From assembly GCA_032718475.1 (NCBI GenBank), contig JAUCBJ010008409.1, forward strand, positions 1-42,156: DNA of 42,156 bases. The letters are read 5' to 3'. This DNA is from Nemertoderma westbladi (lineage: Eukaryota > Animalia > Xenacoelomorpha). The notes beneath the pieces are model-generated. The model did not search any database, had not been told where the DNA came from, and saw only the letters and a program-made list of their open reading frames with translations. The first letter of the stretch is position 1, and the number at the start of each line of letters is the position of its first letter. Positions 37,401 through 42,156 of this stretch are shown piece by piece. Position numbers and translations under genes: made by a program.

Positions 37401-38279
37401 TCTTCCGACAACCAAGACGATCTCTCTGTGAGTGACGATAGTTCAGTTGTCGGAAAGGTTTCCCAAATACGAGCCAAGGAATACCTGGATAAGTTGAACT
37501 CGCACCTCCCTGTCGGTAAACGGAAGCTGTTCCGTAGGGCTCTCAAACAATATAACAACAATAAAAGTTTCCCCGCTTTGACGAACGTCTTAAATATAAT
37601 TTTCGCCGACAAATTTCACGAATTACTCATAGATTTTGATTGCCTTTTGTCCCAAAATGATATCCCGGCCTTTAGTAAGTTTTACTTCCAGAAATCTTCC
37701 AAAATTAAACCCAAAGTTCCTTCTAGTAATGTGTCGTCAATAATCGATTTAACTGATGGAAAACATAAAACCAAAAGTGAAACTCCTGATAGGAAACAAA
37801 ATAGTCCGGGGCAGCAAACAAAAACAACAACAGTCAGTAAACATATGTTGTTAAACAACGAAAACGCAACACCCAACAAGGAGATTAAAGCAGCATCAGT
37901 ATCATTAGTAAAGGATGATTCCACTTTAGTTAGCTCAAAGCGTCAACAAGCCCAGTCGTTTCTAAAGGTCCTTAAAGCATCGCTGCTTCCCGCTAATTTC
38001 TCTCAATTTGTTTCATCTCTAAAAGTCTACTCATCTGGAAGGAACATCGAGTTATTTATTTCTAGTTTAGATTCAACTTTTAGCGACGCTCGACACGTTG
38101 GTATTCTGGGCGACTTGGCCCTTTTCCTTAAACCCCAACACGTTCCGCTATTCGAGTCGTTTTACTCCGATAAGTTATCCAGAATGACAGCCGGTACATC
38201 GTCCGACGGAAAACGCAAGTCGGATTATTCCGAGTGCAGTGGGAGTGGTAAACGTTGGAAGCCGAATACAGGCGACTAG
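34485..38279 (+). CDS. RTEL1: Regulator of telomere elongation helicase 1 (XPD/Rad3-family Fe-S DEAH helicase), single exon, 1264 aa
   Basis: N-terminus FPFVPYPCQ..LESPTGTGKTLCLLC, YASRTHSQLSQ, Fe-S cysteines through VCPYY, DEAHN, LTSGTLSP, RGKVSEGLDF, QAIGRVIRH. Two C-terminal harmonin-N-like helical segments (AKEYLDKL..FRRALKQY; AQSFLKVL..FVSSLKVY) point to RTEL1 rather than FANCJ or DDX11. Confidence 0.93.
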   Translation: MFLVEIEGIKIEFPFVPYPCQEVYMRKVIQALNGKTNALLESPTGTGKTLCLLCAALAWQNELRKNAAFANIGHTETQAQTENWDKLLNSPVPKIIYASRTHSQLSQVIRELKRTSYRPKVAVIGSREQLCINPQVSRETNNSVKMHRCRAKVLSRTCHFYNNYDKSKDKSAQAVASMSLIESTIMDIEDIAAVGAKNRVCPYYFARDLVNSADIIFMPYNYLLDPKSRKSNNVPLNDTVVIFDEAHNVERLCEESVSVEFNCSDIKSAKSTMYDVTQKLSEAEVTGTEMINEVTSQDTANDAVSFENLEKVVEDLRMTEEGKSQPGSFIYQLLGEARIDLDRARTLISDLGPVTAYLHNKGQIQSSHALVLDKFLHFFKMVFGDFSKEREFFTVSETVSHNYRVFTHIETVTKGGGVATTALKSVGYWCFNPGYSMQDLVRNGAQSIVLTSGTLSPMQPIASELDLPFPVTLENPHVISSKQFLVAGLANGPDTTALNSKYENRFKPLYLRSLGLTISNVARLTPHGLLVFFPSYTVMDKSITFWKENKIFDQISRHKKIFTEPKQRNLLGSMMLDYQKVINDGLGAAFFAVCRGKVSEGLDFSDRSARAVVITGLPYPPLFDPKVKLKVGYLDEKIGSQLSGNQWYKQQGSRAVNQAIGRVIRHTADWGAIILADYRFTEPASIAQLPLWLRKHTKSYKNSFGSFISDLSGFFRVASVEMPPPLPQPAITVGISMAADVVAEPVRNDVWNIENVSAATSGGTKPVCPTASFNSAPTVRSKINPVMRASVVELHVPSLESIKPRKSVKARVKSNYFSSVYFVDDDFTDDRKTKNTTQFDSDTKPASNTTQFDSATKPASNTTQFDSATKPASNTTQFDSATKPASTTTQFDSATKPASNTTQFDSATKPASNTTQFDSATKPASTTTQIVAANTTQSKLLNNPSTSIECQSKLPPNTPLVTPLVSIPVVDLSSDNQDDLSVSDDSSVVGKVSQIRAKEYLDKLNSHLPVGKRKLFRRALKQYNNNKSFPALTNVLNIIFADKFHELLIDFDCLLSQNDIPAFSKFYFQKSSKIKPKVPSSNVSSIIDLTDGKHKTKSETPDRKQNSPGQQTKTTTVSKHMLLNNENATPNKEIKAASVSLVKDDSTLVSSKRQQAQSFLKVLKASLLPANFSQFVSSLKVYSSGRNIELFISSLDSTFSDARHVGILGDLALFLKPQHVPLFESFYSDKLSRMTAGTSSDGKRKSDYSECSGSGKRWKPNTGD
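36987..37271 (+). repeat. Coding 39-bp tandem repeat (7 x NTTQFDSATKPAS plus a partial unit) in RTEL1
   Basis: Near-identical units, in frame. Confidence 0.96.
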
Positions 38280-38445
38280 ATTCCGGTTGCTAGGGTATCC
38301 GAATACAGGCGACTAGATTCCGGTTACTAGGGTATCCGAATACAGGCGACTAGATTCCGGTTGTTAGGGTATCCGAATACTGACGACTAGATTCCGGTTG
38401 CTAGGGTAACCGAATACAGGCGACTAGATTCCGGTTGCTAGGGTA
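38262..38445. repeat. 37-bp tandem repeat x5 overlapping the RTEL1 stop codon and 3'UTR
   Basis: CCGAATACAGGCGACTAGATTCCGGTTGCTAGGGTAT; unrelated in sequence to the 37-bp satellite. Confidence 0.93.
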
Positions 38446-38464
38446 AAGTTTCGGATCATTCCGC

Positions 38465-38470
38465 AATAAA
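38465..38470 (+). promoter_or_regulatory. Candidate polyadenylation signal of RTEL1
   Basis: AATAAA about 185 nt after the stop, followed by T-rich sequence. Confidence 0.55.
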
Positions 38471-39224
38471 TATCTATTATCTATTATATTGAATGTTTAA
38501 TTTGGTTACCCTGGTTACTATTATATTGTGGTCGTTTATTGTAATATAATATTCTATGTAGTATTTACTTTAATATTACTTACTGTAGTTAGTATTTGTT
38601 CATATCGTGCAGCCTTTTTCCTAACCTAAGGGACTTTAATATACGGGGCGGGGGGGGGGGGGGGGGAGTTGTCGCAAATCCTATCTCTTCAAATATATAT
38701 CCCGCCTCAATGTTAAATCATCAATTAAGGGAAAGGAGCAGGTTTCAGTATCACGTTATTTTAACCAAATCAATAATCTAAAGTCATTGGAACAGGATAC
38801 AGTTTTATTTTTGAGAGTAATCAGCTGTTATCAACGAATTGAATACGTGAATCTCGAATTAAATCAACGGAAGTGGCTTATCATTGTGTTACTACAACTC
38901 ATTATTTTTTCGTTGTGCTATTTTTTAATATTAATATGTATTCAAGAAGACAATAACTATGCGTATATAATAATAATAATATGGCATGTCTCTACCAATA
39001 ATTAGTATTTACATCGTTTGTGACTTTAGATAGGTAATATAATATAGATTAATTATTTAGGCTATTTAATAAATAACTTGTGCAGTTTACTATGGAATCG
39101 TGTGATCCCATTTGTTATAAATAATTGTTTTCTATAGCTAATAATAATAGTTAAACATGTTACTTTAAGTGTACCTTGTTTTCTCCTTGTTTTCTTAAGC
39201 TATGTTCGTAACTGTGGATAGAGA

Positions 39225-41286
39225 CTCATAGACTCGGGCTATGCCCGTATCTACTGTATCTCATAGACCCGGGCTATGCCCGTATATACTGTATCTCATA
39301 GACTCGGGCTATGCCCGTATATACTGTATCTCATAGACTCGGGCTATGCCCGTATATACTGTATCTCATAGACTCGGGCTATGCCCGTATATACTGTATC
39401 TCATAGACTCGGGCTATGCCCGTATATACTGTATCTCATAGACTCGGGCTATGCCCGTATATACTGTGTATCTCATAGACTCGGGCTATGCCCGTATATA
39501 CTGTATCTCATAGACCCGGGCTATGCCCGTATATACTGTATCTCATAGACTCGGGCTATGTCCGTATATACTGTATCTCATAGACTCGGGCTATGCCCGT
39601 ATATACTGTATCTCATAGACTCGGGCTATGCCCGTATATACTGTATCTCATAGACTCGGGCTATGTCCGTATATACTGTATCTCATAGACTCGGGCTATG
39701 TCCGTATATACTGTGTATCTCATAGACTCGGGCTATGCCCGTATATACTGTATCTCATAGACTCAGGCTATGTCCGTATATACTGTATCTCATAGACTCG
39801 GGCTATGCCCGTATATACTGTATCTCATAGACTCAGGCTATGTCCGTATATACTGTATCTCATGGACTCGGGCTATGCCCGTATATACTGTATCTCATAG
39901 ACTCGGGCTATGCCCGTATATACTGTATCTCATAGTCTCGAGCTATGCCCGTATATACTGTATCTCATAGACTCGGGCTATGCCCGTATATACTGTATCT
40001 CATAGACTCAGGCTATGTCCGTATATACTGTATCTCATAGACTCGGGCTATGCCCGTATATACTGTATCTCATAGACCCGGGCTATGCCCGTATATATTC
40101 TGTATCTCATAGACTCGGGCTATGCCCGTATATACTGTGTATCTCATAGACTCGGGCTATGCCCATATATACTGTATCTCATAGACCCGGGCTATGCCCG
40201 TATATACTGTATCTCATAGACTCGGGCTATGTCCGTATATACTGTATCTCATAGACTCGGGCTATGTCCGTATATACTGTGTATCTCATAGACTCGGGCT
40301 ATGCCCGTATATACTGTATCTCATAGACTCAGGCTATGCCCGTATATACTGTATCTCATAGACTCGGGCTATGCCCGTATATACTGTATCTCATAGACTC
40401 GGGCTATGCCCGTATATACTGTATCTCATAGACTCGGGCTATGCCCGTATATACTGTATCTCATAGACTCGGGCTATGCCCGTATATACTGTGTATCTCA
40501 TAGACTCGGGCTATGCCCGTATATACTGTATCTCATAGACCCGGGCTATGCCCGTATCTACTGTATCTCATAGACCCGGGCTATGCCCGTATATACTGTA
40601 TCTCATAGACTCGGGCTATGCCCGTATATACTGTATCTCATAGACTCGGGCTATGCCCGTATATACTGTGTATCTCATAGACTCGGGCTATGCCCGTATA
40701 TACTGTATCTCATAGACCCGGGCTATGCCCGTATATACTGTATCTCATAGACTCGGGCTATGCCCGTATCTACTGTATCTCATAGACCCGGGCTATGCCC
40801 GTATATACTGTATCTCATAGACTCGGGCTATGCCCGTATATACTGTATCTCATAGACTCGGGCTATGCCCGTATATACTGTGTATCTCATAGACTCGGGC
40901 TATGCCCGTATATACTGTATCTCATAGACCCGGGCTATGCCCGTATATACTGTATCTCATAGACTCGGGCTATGTCCGTATATACTGTATCTCATAGACT
41001 CGGGCTATGCCCGTATATACTGTATCTCATAGACTCGGGCTATGCCCGTATATACTGTATCTCATAGACCCGGGCTATGCCCGTATATACTGTATCTCAT
41101 AGACCCGGGCTATGCCCGTAAATACTGTATCTCATAGACTCGGGCTATGTCCGTATATACTGTGTATCTCATAGACTCGGGCTATGCCCGTATATACTGT
41201 ATCTCATAGTCTCGAGCTATGCCCGTATATACTGTATCTCATAGACTCGGGCTATGCCCGTATATACTGTATCTCATAGACCCGGG
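39225..41286. repeat. 35-bp satellite (about 59 units; 37-bp variants)
   Basis: Unit TCTCATAGACTCGGGCTATGCCCGTATATACTGTA, with hairpin CGGGC-TAT-GCCCG and palindrome GTATATAC. Confidence 0.97.
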
Positions 41287-42156
41287 TGTTCGCGCTTTCA
41301 GACCTTTGGCAGTTTAACCCGCCAAATTAAGATGTCTTCTAGATATTAAATCGCTTTTTAGCCTATGACAAGTATTTGATTCACTACACTAGTCGAAACC
41401 AATCTGTGCGCGATCATTCACCCGCTGGATATTCCCGGGAGATTGGGTTCGACGGTTTAATTTTATTGCTATGTAAGCCTAATGTATTATTCGACTGACA
41501 GTATTATATAATCTCTGACAATATTATTCACCTTCGGGAATATTAACAGTTCCTTTAGGACGTGGCGCTTTATTTATATAAACAGAGTTATGACTTAAAC
41601 TACTCACAACGATATGGCTTAATTATAATTCACATATATGGCGCATTCTTTAGGAATTGCTTCTTTAACAGACTCACTCATACACAATGCTGCACAATAC
41701 TGCACACTAATCTGCCAATCTTCACTGATTTTAGTCACATATAAAAGGAACACAGACTGACTCATGTAGGGTCTATCAAATAACATTAGATTCACTTCAA
41801 ACCACTTTAACATAAGTCACAATCGTTATTGGTAACCTTTCTCTCTTACCTTCGGTATATCAAGAATATTGGGTTTTCGGGGTTATTTCTCGTTATTCCA
41901 ATATAATAATTCATCAACAAATATAATGAATAACCGACAACAAATAGCAGTATACAGTATCGATTGAGCAGGTAATTTTAGCAGTTTCAGCAGTTATACG
42001 TCAGTTATTAAAAGCCGTGTGTGCCGTGTGTCAGCAGTGATTACGAAATTGCAGTGATTCCATGAGATATTCAAGTGATTAAAAGCCAGTTAAAGGATAT
42101 ATGTCCTTATAATTAAACCTACTAGTGTTGGACTAAAAAGCAGAAAACACAAAACA

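Noticed and set aside
34553-37924. Antisense and alternate-frame ORFs within RTEL1, and HTHT ORFs at (GT)n tracts elsewhere
   Set aside because: Shadows of a GC-rich CDS or of microsatellites, with no recognisable motifs.

Overview
Repeat-rich eukaryotic DNA, most likely from an invertebrate animal (spliceosomal intron signals, RTE-type LINEs, Helentron-like elements); there are no prokaryotic features. The first 22 kb is dominated by two hairpin-containing satellites of 37 bp and 30 bp. Each carries a young, 5'-truncated copy of the same RTE-clade non-LTR retrotransposon, and both copies sit at a TGTT|G site. Inside the 30-bp satellite are five copies of a stop-free, phase-0 129-nt exon-like cassette. 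The middle region holds the last two exons of a minus-strand gene ending in a Myb/SANT-like domain, a decayed ORF built on an 11-aa repeat, and several non-autonomous transposons. The only clearly identifiable host gene is an intact, intronless RTEL1 helicase (34485-38279) with a TQ-rich 13-aa repeat insert. It is followed by a third hairpin satellite of 35 bp. Most long ORFs in the supplied track are artefacts of stop-free satellites. All alignments and counts were made by eye.
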